Source: Heteronotia binoei (Eukaryota). Taken from it: a stretch of DNA of 64,000 nt. A model generated the notes under the pieces. The model saw only the letters and a program-made list of their open reading frames with translations. It had not been told where the DNA came from and ran no database searches. The stretch lies in the NCBI RefSeq assembly GCF_032191835.1, contig NC_083224.1, forward strand, positions 156,984,001-157,048,000. Direction: 5' to 3'. The position numbers and the translations under genes are program-made. Shown piece after piece: positions 36,815 to 49,010 of the stretch; the stretch's first letter is position 1; every line of letters begins with the position of its first letter.

Positions 36815-37706
36815 CAAAGATGGGCTACATCAGGGGTAGGGAAATGTCTGAGAAGTTGAATGCATTTTTTGCCTTCACTGTGGAAGAAGAGAAGTGTTTG
36901 CCCGCTCCAGAACCACTAATTTTGGAAGGGGTGTTGAAAGACCTGAGTCAGATTGAGGTGACAAGAGAGGAGGTCCTACAACTGATAGACAAATTAAAAA
37001 CTAATAAGTCACCAGGTCCGGATGGCATACATCCGAGTTGAACTTGTTGATCTTCTGACAAAAATATGTAATCTTTCATTGAAATCTGCTTCCGTTCCTG
37101 AAAACTGGAAGGTAGCAAATGTCACCCCCATCTTTAAAAAGGGTTCCAGAGGATTTCCGGGAAATTACAGGCCAGTCAGTCTGACTTCAATACCGGGAAA
37201 GTTGTTAGAAACCATTATCAAGGACAGAATGAGCAGGCACATTGATGAACACGGGTTATTGAGGAAGACTCAGGATGGGTTCTGTAAGGGAAGATCTTGC
37301 CTCACTAACCTGTTACAGTTCTTTGAGGGGGTGGACAAAGGGGACCCAATAGATGTTGTTTACCTTGACTTCCAGAAAGCTTTTGATAAAGTTCCTCATC
37401 AAAGGCTCCTTAGAAAGCTTGAGAGTCATGGGTCGTTTTCGCACTCACCTCCAGCCGGCGCGACCCCCCTCTTCACCGCGCAGGATCTGCGCGGATTTCG
37501 CACTAAATGCCGTGGAGCAGCCTTTTGCGCCGGAAACTCCCGTCGCAAAAGCCGCGCAAACGGAAACTGCTTTTTGGCAATTTACGTTTGAGCGGCTTTT
37601 GCGCCAGGAGAAAATGAGTAAAAGGACAGGTCCTCTTGTGGATCAAAAACTGGCTGAGTAATAGGAAACAGAGAGTGAGTATAAATGGGCAGTCTTCGCA
37701 GTGGAG
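36815..37706 (+). mobile_element. CR1 RT internal fragment with a 185-bp insertion
   Basis: Encodes KSPGPDGIHP, WKVANVTPIFKKG, NYRPVSLTSIPGK, DVVYLDFQKAFDKVPH and LESH. It resumes after 37615 as GVKGQVLLWIKNWLSNRKQRVSING. Confidence 0.92.
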
Positions 37707-38139
37707 GACGGTAGTGCCTCTCCCCAAAATACCCTCCCAGTTTCAAAAAGATTGGACCAGGGGGTCCAATTCTATGAGCCCCAAAAGAAGGTGCCCTTAT
37801 CCTTCATTATTTCCTATGAAAGGAAGGCATTGAAAAGGTGTGCCATCCCTTTAAATGTGAGGGCCAGAACTCCCAATATGGAAATATCTTCAATAAATCT
37901 TTCTTTAAACATAATCTAGTTGTCTTTACCTCTTTTACTGTTCTTATTGCAGTATTTAATGCGTGAATTATTAAACTGCCTTTCGGTATATCTTTTGATA
38001 TAGTTAAAATGGTCATTAGGACATAGAACCTGTTGTTAATTTATTTGAATCCCACCACTGGGCCTAACCCATTGTAGGATTAGCCCATTACCTCCAGGAG
38101 AGCTGAAGTGGTTTTTTAAAAAAACAAACAAACAACCCA

Positions 38140-38335
38140 CCCATGCTTTCTAATATCTATATGAAACCATTGGGAGAAATCATCAGAAAATATGGGCTGA
38201 CTGTGATGTCACCTATATGCAGATGATACCCAGCTCTACCTTTCTTTTCCACCTAATTCCAAGTATTCCACTGATGTTCTGAACTTATACTTCTGGATGA
38301 GGGTGAAGATTAACCCTGACAAGATATAGATTCTA
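38140..38335 (+). mobile_element. Old L2 RT fragment
   Basis: Encodes NIYMKPLGEIIRKYG, YADDTQLY (38216-38239) and a LNPDK-like remnant. Confidence 0.75.
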
Positions 38336-39124
38336 TGGGTTAGTAGAAAGGCAGACCAGAGACTTCAGTTCTCCAGTTCACCTTTAATGGGGTGATATTC
38401 TGTGAACAAGAGACCCCTAATTTCAGTTATATACGGACATCATAATCACCCATTTGGTTGCCAGGGTGCCTGGAAATTCAACGCACACACATCTGCTGTG
38501 AAACGTGGGTTTTATCTACCATTTTATAAGAGACTTATGTGAATACTAACAGCCTCAGCGTTACAACAGAAGCGGTTTCCAGCCTTGACCATGAAAGCCG
38601 TGTTGGTAGGCTAACATCATCAGTGACCATCTTCCTGCAGTGTCAGACTCCATGACAGAGAAGCAAGAGGCTCACGTACTCAACAGCTGTTACATCTACA
38701 TAAGGCAGTCCAGCTCAGCTTAGGCGTGGGTCCTGCCACACCGCCCAAGTTTTTGTCAAATGGAACTTTAGACAATTGGCAGTGCTAGCCAGAAGAGCAA
38801 AAGAGGAGCCAGAAGTTCTTTTTGTTTGCCACCATCTTTGCAAAGAGCCAAAGTTTCCTTTGTGCAAAGAGCTTTCTGTCCTAGTATCATCCACTGGATC
38901 TCTAGCTAGGAAAACCTTTTGCAGAGTCTCAGAAGAGATTAAATTCAGTGTTTGTAACATAAGAGGTGTTGCCTCTCCTTTTCAAAGGTCACAGCAACAC
39001 AAAACAGCTAACCATAAATGGGCAAGTCTGTAGTTTAAATCTTAAAGTGCAAAACGTAGAACCTCCAGCTGCAGGAGCAACAACCAATATAGTATTGATT
39101 GGCAAATCTCAAGCAGACTCTCTA

Positions 39125-39127
<3 letters not shown>

Positions 39128-39198
<71 letters not shown>
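39128..39198. repeat. (AT)n microsatellite
   Basis: Perfect dinucleotide run of ~70 bp. Confidence 0.97.
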
Positions 39199-39202
<4 letters not shown>

Positions 39203-41120
39203 GGAAAGAAACTCAGCTAAATTCAGCTTAAGTTAAAGAAACTGGAAAGAGTTGCAATTGAGCCCTGCCCAGGCAGAAAGCTCATTATTTTCCCCTTCTC
39301 TGCCTTTCTTTTGTACCAATCTTGCTTAAAAACTTATCAAGATCAGATAAGAGAGTACTGTGAGTCAATTGTCTGGCCAAATCTATTGTTTAAGCGAAGT
39401 CTTTTCCTCCCCACCCAAGAGGGAAGGAATTTTGCTTTCATTTAAAACTCTCCCCCACTTTTAGTATCTAGAGGGGAGGGGGAAATACAATGGAGATATT
39501 TTGTGATATTTTCTTGGAGTACTCCTCTTCTCCTTATTTTGGGTCTAGAAGATATAAAGTCAAAACCTTTTTTGTATTGCCAAACCTTTTCTTTAAATAC
39601 TGCTGTCCCCCACAGAGACAGCCACTCCCAGCCAGGAAGATGCCTGGTGGGAAGATGTGCATATGTTGAAAGAAGCAAGCCAGTTTGCTCCTCAAACACT
39701 GCTTTGTGTTTGTAAAGGTTGCCAGCCTCCAGTTGGAACCTAAAGATCACCCCCAAAAGTATAATGTAAGGCCCAGAACATTAAGGCTAGTGCCTCTGGG
39801 AGAGAAAGTGCCCAAGAAAATGGACTGCATGCCTTGTGATTTTCAAATGTAACCCAAATTTCTAGAAATCTCCAGCCTGGAGCTGGCATCCCAAAGTTCT
39901 ACTTACAGCCAGTCCTTCTCTGCTAGAGAAAATGCTCTGCCTGTAAACAGCCCTAACACTAAGAGTTCTCCTAGATTAGAAGCTTTCCTTCTGATAATTT
40001 ATTTTTGCTCTACCTTTTGAGCTTTAAAACTTTTTTTTAATGGCTGTTTTCAGTTTCCCCAGTACTTCCCAGATTTTATAGCTTTGATTCTAAGGGGAAC
40101 ACTTATAAGATATGCAGCTTGTGATCTCCTTTGTTTTAAAGAAATGGTGCACCTAATAGAAAATCTTCTTGTTATATCTAGTAGATTTTTTTATGTTGGA
40201 CGATGTTTTAAAAGTTTATTTCTCCAGTTTTGGTTCATATGAAACATCTTTTTCTGTTGAAGTAATAGAATATCAAACAATTCTTTGTTAATCTGTTTTT
40301 CTCTTGTGACTTTTGTTAAGTGCATCTCATACCAGGAACATGTGCTTTTTGAGTGTTACATCTAGTACAGTTTTCTATTTTACTTTAAACTGCTTTTCCT
40401 GATGTCCATTGGACATTTCCAGTACTTTGTAGTAAAAAGAAAATGCTTTGCAATCCTTTTGGAAAGTCAAGTTCTCAGCTTGGAAGTGCTGCTTGACATA
40501 GCTGTCTCCTTTGAAAATCAGGAGGTTGCTGTGGCTTGGGATGTGTTTGCTCTGCTTTGTTACAGATAATAATGTGTACTGTGTGGTGCAAAGTGGGGGG
40601 GGGGGGGGGTTTGGGGGGGGTCAGGGGGAGAATCTTTCATGTTGTGATTCTTTTCCCCAAGCTACAGAAGTTCCATGTTCCATGAATCATTGCTAACTTT
40701 TGAAGGGAATGTGTAGAAGCTGTGCAGATCCAGCAAAAAATAAAATAAACAGTGTCATCCCCTATGAACATTTTTGCAGTTCAAGCCATGCTTAAAATAC
40801 CATTCCTTCCTTCTTTTGGTTATGGCACATAAAATATATGGGTAGAAGGCTGACTTTCTTTTAAGCATTTATTTCCAGCAGGATCTGATACAGTATACTA
40901 AGAAAGGTGCTGCTGTCCTATGTTTTTTGCTGGAGTTCTGGATATGAAGTTTGAAAATAACACTCTTCCGCATGACCATCACATTCCCAGTTCTGAGGAT
41001 TTCTTCCCACACTGTGTAGGCTTCTGGTTGTAACAGATGGTCCTCTTAGCAACAAAGAACATGCACACACAGTAAAGTTGCACAGATGTGTTTTAGTGGA
41101 GTGCAAATTACAGTCATGCA

Positions 41121-41403
41121 CCTCTGTGTCGCAGAGTGGTAAAGCTGCAGTACTGCAGTCCAAGCTCTCTGCTCACAACCTGAGTTTGATCCACGGTGGA
41201 AGCTGGCTCAAGGTTGACTCAGCCTTCCATCCTTCCAAGGTTGGTAAAATGAGTATCCAGCTTGCTGGGGGTGGGGAGTGTAGATGACTGGGGAAGGCAA
41301 TGGCAAACCACCCCATAAAAAGTCTGTCATGAAAACATTGTGATGCGATGTCACCTGAGTCAGAAATGACTGGTGCTTGCACAGGGGACTACCTTTACCT
41401 TTT
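41121..41403 (+). mobile_element. Sauria SINE
   Basis: Same head, core and tail as 27498-27808. It ends in the ACCTTT repeats characteristic of the family. Confidence 0.88.
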
Positions 41404-42545
41404 TAACCTCTGTGTAGTTCTGATTTTGCCTTCAAAAAGCCCTGTCAGCACTGGTGATTGACTAGTGTGTTAGCTGCCATTTAGTGGTGGTCCAGAAACA
41501 GTGTACTTCCTTCCTTAGGCCACATCTGATGCGGAGATATCTGGAAGGTAGTCATAGCATCCAGCAGTCACCATATCCTCCAGTACATTCTATTTATTTA
41601 TTGCACTTACCGGTATATCCTGTCCTATCCAATAGGGGCTCAGGATGACTAAATATACAATTAAAACCAGTTAAATCAAAATGGCAGCAAAAACATACAT
41701 TGCTCAGAGCAATCTAATATGCCTCATGTTGGACTTCAGCAGGATAGCAAGCATCTATAAATTTGCTATGGGCAGGGGAGGCCAAGATGGCAGAGACATC
41801 TGCTGTTTGATTTCTAGGAAGCTGTTGCAGATTAGGGGTGTGTGAATTTGGGTCTACCTGAGCCAAGAATCTACAAATATTTTTGGGTAGATTTCAGCAT
41901 CTCAAATGTATCTGGGTTTCCTCAAGAAACTAAAAAAAAATCCTGAAAAAATCCAGGATGTATTGGAATTACTGCTTTGAAAACAGCCGAGACCTCTTAT
42001 CTAAAGCTTCCATTTGTCAGTGCTAGACTAGACCCACTTGTAAGGAGGTATAAGATAATTAATTTCTCATTGTTCAGCATAGTCAGCTCCATGTTTTTGA
42101 GACATGGCATCATCTTTCTTACATCTTTTCCCTACTGGGGTTAAATGTGTATTTTCATTATTTCCCCACAGCTCTGTTTCTTCAGCATTTTTCAGGTTCA
42201 ATATCATGTTCAAAAAGGTCAGCACTCAGATTCTCTGAATAAAAACTATTCAAGTGGCTGCAAGTTGTGCTCTCTGCTCTTGCCCTAGGAGATTGCAATG
42301 AAGAGAATAATAAGCAAGGACTGATATAATGCAAATCCTCAGGTTTTGAAAGCCAGGCCTTCAACATTGTAAAAGACAATTTGCCACTTGTGCCTGTTCA
42401 ATGTTCTGATAAATCTCTACTTCCTTTACTTTCATAGATTATGTTTTTTTAAAAAAAAATCCACAACCCACTCTACCTTTTGTACAAAATAAGAAAACTA
42501 GATCTAGTATGCCAAAGGTGTATATGTGTATTTGTGTAAAGAAAA

Positions 42546-42702
42546 GAGTGTTGTCAAGTTCCAACCAACTCATGAGGTTTTCAAGGTGAGAGATAAGCAG
42601 AGGTGGTTTTGCCATTATCTGTGTAGCAGCCTTATTCTTCCTTGGTTGTCTCCCATCCAAGTACTGATTGTGGCTAATCCTGTTTAGCTTCCAAGTTCTG
42701 AA
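42546..42702 (-). mobile_element. 5S rRNA-derived SINE (SINE3 type) with a Bov-B/RTE-like tail
   Basis: Minus strand reads GGAAGCTAAACAGG..AGTACTTGGATGGGAGAC. The 18 nt at 42648-42665 match the vertebrate 5S C-box region as I recall it. ATGGCAAAACCACCTCTG..AACTTGACAAC follows. Confidence 0.75.
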
Positions 42703-44063
42703 GGCGGGGGGGGGGGGGGGAGAGAGAGAGAAATTGCGTGTGCTTGTGCAGTCTCTGGCAATGATTGCCTGAACTGCTGTGATGACATGGGATGTTCATG
42801 AACATTCCAGATGCTCATGAAGGAAAAAATGTATGTGTTTGCAGTCTGATTTCTATGAGGAAAATGAGATTGTCAGTTTTGACTGGAATTTAAAGGCACA
42901 AGGACTTGGGGTGGTAGTAACTTTGTGGGACAGGCTGAGGAATGAAAAGAGATCTTGGGAGTAGGCTTGCCACCTGTGGTTCCTTAATTGAACTGTTAAT
43001 GGAGCTAGTCCTTTGTAATAATAGAAATACTTATGGAAAAGAACAGATGCACCCTATCTGCAAAAAGTAACTTGATAGCTCCATAGTCTACTGAATCTTT
43101 AATTAATTGCAGTTACACCACTGAGTCTGTGTATTCCTCACTGGTACAGCATGTACCACTGGGACAATTTGGCCCAGACTCAAGTAACATATTATTCCAA
43201 GGGCCAGCACCTTACCAGAGGTCAGGGATGGAGGGTTAACCCAGCTGAATCCCATTGGGAGAGAAGGGAGAAATGTCCCAGTGCCCTTTCTGCCAGGTTT
43301 GTTTCCTTTGTCCTTTTGAATAGCTAACAGTGAGAAGTGACTACAGTTTCCTGTGCTTCCAGCAAAGACTCTTGACACAGCTGAAAGGTGAGAGCACAAG
43401 GCCTTTTGACCTATATCTGTTTGCATGGGGTGCCCAGCCAAGGCTCAGCCATTTGACACAACAGCTGGAAGATGTTCCACCCCTGTGGCAGAGGCAAATG
43501 ACACCAGTTGCCAACCTGCAATCCAGAAGTGGCATTGATGTAGATAACACCTATTGATTGTCTCTAATGTCCACACATTAAACTGTCTCTAATGTCCACA
43601 CATTAAACTGTAGCCATGAACAACTGTATGGCTTTTCAGTGGGTGGTAACATGTTGACTGGTGGAGGTGTTAGCAGTGCTGGGTGCAGTTTTTACCTGAA
43701 GCAGGATGTTTAATGAATGTACTACTTGGTAGATTGGGGGGTGGGATTTTTTCAAAGATAGCCAGTATTTGGCCAAGTATACCTTTGCGTGTCTAATCTC
43801 TGTTAGTATACTAAAGAGTCAAGAGTCAATTATGCTTTTCCCCACACTGCTGTGAAATACCAGACTGGTGAAGCACAAAACTGCATGCTTATCTGGGATG
43901 TTATAAGAAGAGAACATTGATGTAGCTTGATTAACAAGAGAAAATGGCTAGTCTGTACCATGGACTTCGGATCTCTCCTTGATGTCATCTTTCCTCAACC
44001 ACTCAAAGAGGTGGCTGTCCATCCACTACTGCAGAAAAATTATGTGGCCAGTAAACAGAATAA

Positions 44064-44245
44064 CTAGATTCAAGTTCAGTAGCACCTTAGAGACTGACAA
44101 ATATTTGGGGGACATGATATTTTAAGAATTAAAGTTCCCTTCATCAGATACTTGTTGAAAGGTCACACCCTGAAGATCTCATTGGTCTCCAAGATGCTAT
44201 GGATCTCAAATCTAGCTGTTCTACTGCAGACCTATTTGGCTACCC
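44064..44245. mobile_element. Penelope-like element terminal-repeat remnants in inverted orientation
   Basis: The left arm (rc ..GTCTCTAAGGTGCTACTGAACTTGAATCTAG) and right arm (..GGTCTCCAAGATGCTATGGATCTCAAATCTAG) are inverted. CTGATGA lies on the minus strand at 44141-47. The PLE assignment is from recalled similarity. Confidence 0.5.
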
Positions 44246-44518
44246 TATGAAACTATCTTTAAATCAACAGAAATAATATTTTTCATTTTTTTTCCCTTTT
44301 CCTTATTTAGTAAACTAAGGCATGGTAGAGAAACTCGTATCTTGGAAATGTTCCCCTGGTGAGCATGCCAAGGACAGAAAGTAATATTGCTTTGGAAAAC
44401 TTGGAGACGCAACTAGACTTTCCGTCTCTATGAAGGTCTATCATGACAAAGAAAAGAAAAGTGACTCAGGAGCTTGACAGTGTGGTCTTTGTTCAGAAAC
44501 TGCAGGGTGTATTCCCAT

Positions 44519-44709
44519 CAACGCTCCCTCTAAGTTGTGGAGTCTTGTGAGCAAAAATTCTACTTTATGCGCTACTAGCATTAAAGTTATGAGTTACTGC
44601 TTACATTAGTTTGCTCTGGGGCCATTTTTCCTGAGCTAAGACAAAAATATGTGAGCCAGAGGCTAAAAAAACTGTGAGCTAGCTCACACTAACTCAGCTT
44701 AGAGGGCTG
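44519..44709. mobile_element. hAT MITE
   Basis: Perfect TSD ATTCCCAT (44511-18, 44710-17). Subterminal CCCTCTAAG/CTTAGAGGG inverted repeat. Confidence 0.88.
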
Positions 44710-45866
44710 ATTCCCATGACTGCTTGAAGGTGATGGATAGAATAGGATAGAATCCCCCAGCATCTCTCTAAATTCCCATCCAAATGTGTGTGTGTGTGCA
44801 TGCTTCCAGTCCAGTTAGGCACATAAGGACTGAAGCAACCAGGCCTAGGGAGATGTTCTCTAAATGCCATTATTGTACAAACCAAATGGAATGTAGAAAC
44901 TACTGAACTGGAGTTGGTGATGATTCCTAGATACATTCCACAAAGAAATGGCAAAATACTTAGAAGATGATGAATCGTTATCTGAATCACTTGGCAACAT
45001 AACGGATGATTTTCTGTTCTTCATATAAAGGAGAAAAGCCCCAAAATGGCATAAAATGTCAATTTAGAATGTTTTGAATGATGTTTCTCTTATCTTCATT
45101 GGAGACAACAACACATAGTGATGTCATTTCCATAACGGAGAGAAAAACCACATTTGACTCCTAATGCCAAAATGTGGACACTTTGCTAGTAAAATGAATT
45201 CTCTGAATATTTTTCACTGAATAATTTCTGCTTTCACATTCCCTCTCTGATTCATCACTTTGAAAGCTTTATTTAGGCTTTAATATTTTGCAGCATGCCA
45301 CTAAATAATATCACAGGGATTTCTGAAGAAATGGGACTCTATAGTGTGACCTTCAAAATCTTGCACAGCTAAACCAGAAGTTATTATAGGAGACTACAAT
45401 CCAGCTATGCGAACTATGAATTGAGTTCCAAAATAGTGTGGGTAATTCTTTACACATAGTGGAGGTGAAAACTGCTGAAAAAGAACTTCTACACACACAC
45501 ACACACACACACAAAATCCTCTGCTTTTTATGCAGAAAGTAGATTGTGCACTCTGTTGGATCATGGCCTGTACAAAAAATTAGAATGGTTACAGAGTATT
45601 TTCTTTTAATGCATGTAGAACTTATTGATGGTTTTGACTTTTAACCCTCTAAGAAGTTTATATACCTGCCCATATTATGTACCTGCCCATATCTGAGATC
45701 TTCCCAGGAGCTTCATCTGTGGCAGCAAACAATCATGGGAATATATTTTGTGGGAAACATATAAGGGTCTTCTTAGCAGCCACCCATAAGTTTTATAACT
45801 TCTTTCCCCTGGAATTATATTTAGGCTATTCACTACAAAGTTATTTTTACTTTAAATTTTAGAAGG

Positions 45867-45899
<33 letters not shown>

Positions 45900-46002
45900 A
45901 CTTTTTTATTTAAAATATTTTTGCTGCCTTTCTACCTTATCAAGGAATCTAAGGTGGCACACATAAAACATTAAAGCAGTAGAACAACTAAAAACAACAT
46001 TG

Positions 46003-46322
46003 CATTGGCTGCCAGTTGAGTTTGGGATCAGGTTCAAGGTTAGGTTTTTAACCTTTAAAGCCCTATGCTGTCTGGGACTATCATAGACGCAGGACCATCT
46101 CTCCCTATGTGTCCCTCGTTGAGCTTTGCATTCTGCTGAAAAGCATCTCCTGGTGGTCCCTGGCCCCAAAGACTAATCTAACCTCAAACAGGGCCAGGGC
46201 CTTTTCACCCCTGGCTACGACTTGGTGGAACTCTCTATCAAGTGAGATCAGGGCCCTATGAGACTTGCCACAGTTCCACAGGGCCTCCAAAACAGAGTTG
46301 TTCCACTAGGCTTTTGGTTGAG
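46003..46322 (+). mobile_element. Old L2 ORF2 C-terminal fragment
   Basis: Translates as HWLPVEFGIRFKV..TFKAL..VPGPK with stops, collinear with the end of the intact ORF2. Confidence 0.7.
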
Positions 46323-47041
46323 GCGATAGTTACATTGAGTTACATTGGCCTCCCCTGCTCCACCCCCCCCCCCCCATTCCATCTTACCGACATGTTGCTG
46401 CCTATTCCCAAACACCTGGGCCATCTGGGCATACAACCTCTTGGAACTTCTGTAAAAAAAAATTTGCCATCTTATGTTCAATTATGCTATGACCAAGAAA
46501 GCTTTTCTCAGGTTACCACCTGTCTAGCCTCAGACAGTGAAGACCACCATAGCAGGACCCCTGAAAACAATCAGAGTGAATGGTTGGTGTAGCAGAAAAA
46601 TAACGAGGTCTGCACCATTATTGGTTTGAAGCGAGGTTTACTTCTGGTACCAAGAAGTAGGACCCAGTCGGGCTTGGCTGCCCCAGAGACTGAGTTCCAA
46701 TCATTCTGTATACAAGCAAGCAGCAGTCACATGAGCGTATCTGATTTCGAAGGGTCTCACCTCCACTGACTTCTCCCTGGTAAATTTCCATAACTAAGTT
46801 CCCTTACTTATCTATTTCAGCAAGGCACCTCCAAGGGGCCCTTTCTCTTATCTTGGCTAGCCAGCTTTAGACACACACCCAGTATGCTGTGGCCCGCTCT
46901 TTATTGGAAAATTTCAACAGACGTTAAAGACAAAGCATGCTCTTAATCAATATATTCATTATTATAGGGGGTTTAATTAATTATTCAGGGGCTCCCCTTC
47001 ATTGGTTCATATGGGAGAAGGCAGGCCTTATGTTTTCTTGG

Positions 47042-47308
47042 TCACAGGCCATACAGGGCTGTAAAGATTAATAGTACCTTGAATTGAGCCCAGAAGCAAA
47101 TTTGAAGCCAGTGTAGACAGAATAAGACTGGACTGATATGGTCCCTATCACCCACTCCAGTCAACAAAAGGGTCACAGCAGTCTGAATCAACTGCAGCTT
47201 CCAAGCATACTTCAAGGGCATCCCCTTGTAGAGTGCATGCAGTGATCTAGTTGTTACTAGGGCCTGCACCACAGTGGCAAGATCTTTTCCACCCAGGATG
47301 GGCCGCAT
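47042..47308 (-). mobile_element. Old L2 ORF2 fragment
   Basis: ORF reads DLATVVQALVTTR..KLQLIQTAVTLLL..LHWL..FKVLLIFTALYGL. Confidence 0.75.
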
Positions 47309-47529
47309 TAATTAATGACAGGGTCTCAGTTAATTACTCTCACCATTCCACAGTTAAGGATACATCTGCTTATCAGTCTTCAATTGGGAAATATTTATTT
47401 CCTTTACTATGTTTTGTCCCAGAATTAAACCCAAACAAATGGTAACCTAAGCTTGTTATTCCTGTTTGGTTCTTGCACCTGATTCATTATTATATATACT
47501 AATTTTCTGCCCACTCTCCACCTATATGT

Positions 47530-47622
47530 ATGGACTGGTAACTTCCATTTCATCGTATCTGAAGAAGTGTGCATGCACATTTCGTTGGTCATAAAGGTGC
47601 CACTGGATTCAAACTTCGTTCT
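47530..47622 (+). mobile_element. Penelope-like terminal-repeat remnant with a partial hammerhead core
   Basis: GTAT-CTGAAGA-A-GTGTGCATGCACA, followed by TTGGTCATAAAGGTGCCACTGGATTCAAAC. Confidence 0.55.
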
Positions 47623-47759
47623 AACCCAGGTTTTACTGTGTGTCAAAGAGCAAAAACCAATAGTTCTCAGCTTGGTTGGTCACTTTCGCTCTAGTGAAAT
47701 GTTAAGATTTGTGAGGTCTGTGTTGATATTTCTATGAGCTCCTTCCCTATAGTTTTGAC

Positions 47760-48201
47760 CAGGCCTAATTTTGGGCAGGAGCTCAGAGGAACAGCACTCC
47801 AGAACCTCTAAAATTTGCTGTGTGCTTTCTTTCTAATCTGCCCCCCCCAAAAAAAAACCCCTTGCTTCTTGTTCAACCCTCTGTGAGAATTTTGCTGAAC
47901 TCCAATATTTAACAAACTTTTAATATTTTTCCCCACAAAAAAAAAGGGAAAATGACCAAAACATATAAAGCAGACAGATGGAAATCTTCATCAAGCCACT
48001 GTGGCTACATAGGAAAAGGTAATTTTAAAAGTTTAATGGGAGTAAGGTTTTATTATGACAATTATAATTCAAGAAGCATTTTAATGTAGATGCTGAGCTG
48101 TTATAATTTAGTACACCTTCTGGTGATGTCAGGGGTGTGTGGCATCTGCAAATGAGTTGTGTTAATGAGCTCCGATGTCTTTTTCCATAAAATGACCCCT
48201 G
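47760..48201. mobile_element. hAT non-autonomous element
   Basis: Perfect 8-bp TSD GTTTTGAC (47752-59, 48202-09). Collinear with 1132-1603. Confidence 0.9.
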
Positions 48202-48519
48202 GTTTTGACTTGGCTTTCTGGCCTTTTCATAGATCCTTAAGCTTAAATAGCTAGCTCCCAATATGCTTGTTTATAAACCTGGGTATGCTGCCACAAAATG
48301 TGTAGAAGGCCATATATGAATTAAATATTGATTATAATTTAAAAGCTGGTGCAGAAGAGAAACCACCATACTATCTAGTTAACTGCCATCATGCCATAGA
48401 ATCACTCCTCCTGAATTCTAGTCAACTTTCAAGCAATAAAAAATTATTTAGGTCTTATGCCATGCAGAATGAGGAATTAACGGCTGGTCAGAATGAGGAA
48501 CTGATGACAGGTAATTTGA

Positions 48520-49010
48520 TTTGCGGCGGCGGTTGAAGCTTAAGACGCTGGAGCTCCCGCCGGGCAGTCAATAACAACACAATACGACTGAAATAACTGA
48601 CAACTGACAATTGACCTGGCAATAGCAGCAATCGAAGAAACAGCAATAGAAACATCAACGGAGTGAGAAACGAGGAAACCTCACCGGCAAACGCGGAGGC
48701 AGCAGCCGGAGACTTGCCTGGCCTGGTGCACCGACGGAGGCGAGGCGCGGCCGCGGCCCGTCGTGAAACGCAGCCCGAGAAGACGGCCGGTGAGTCCGGG
48801 GTGGGAGCTGGTCGAGGGCGCCGTGAATGAACAGGCGCGGAGCGGGAGCCAGCTGAGGGCGCCGAGGGCGCCGTGGATGAGTTGCGGGCGTCAGTTGGAA
48901 GGGCTGGGAGTAGTGACAAGCCCCTGGGGAGTAGAGGGGCCGAGGAGAAACGAGCGGCGAGTGAACCCCAGGACGAAGGTTTGGCGGGCACCTTTAGGCA
49001 CCGCCTCCTG
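48520..49010 (+). promoter_or_regulatory. CpG-island-like leader of the full-length L2 (candidate internal Pol II promoter)
   Basis: Dense, undecayed CpGs in an otherwise CpG-poor window, at the 5' end of the element. Promoter function is inferred. Confidence 0.45.

Noticed and set aside
40593-40628. G-quadruplex-forming G runs (also 42705-42720)
   Set aside because: These are simple homopolymer tracts, common in this genome and error-prone in assembly, with no functional context.
42640-42702. 5S rRNA gene
   Set aside because: It is a partial, diverged match fused to a retroposon tail, so it is called a SINE.
46588-46918. Possible solo LTR (TGTAGCA..TTCAACA)
   Set aside because: No TSD and no convincing inverted termini; too weak to call.
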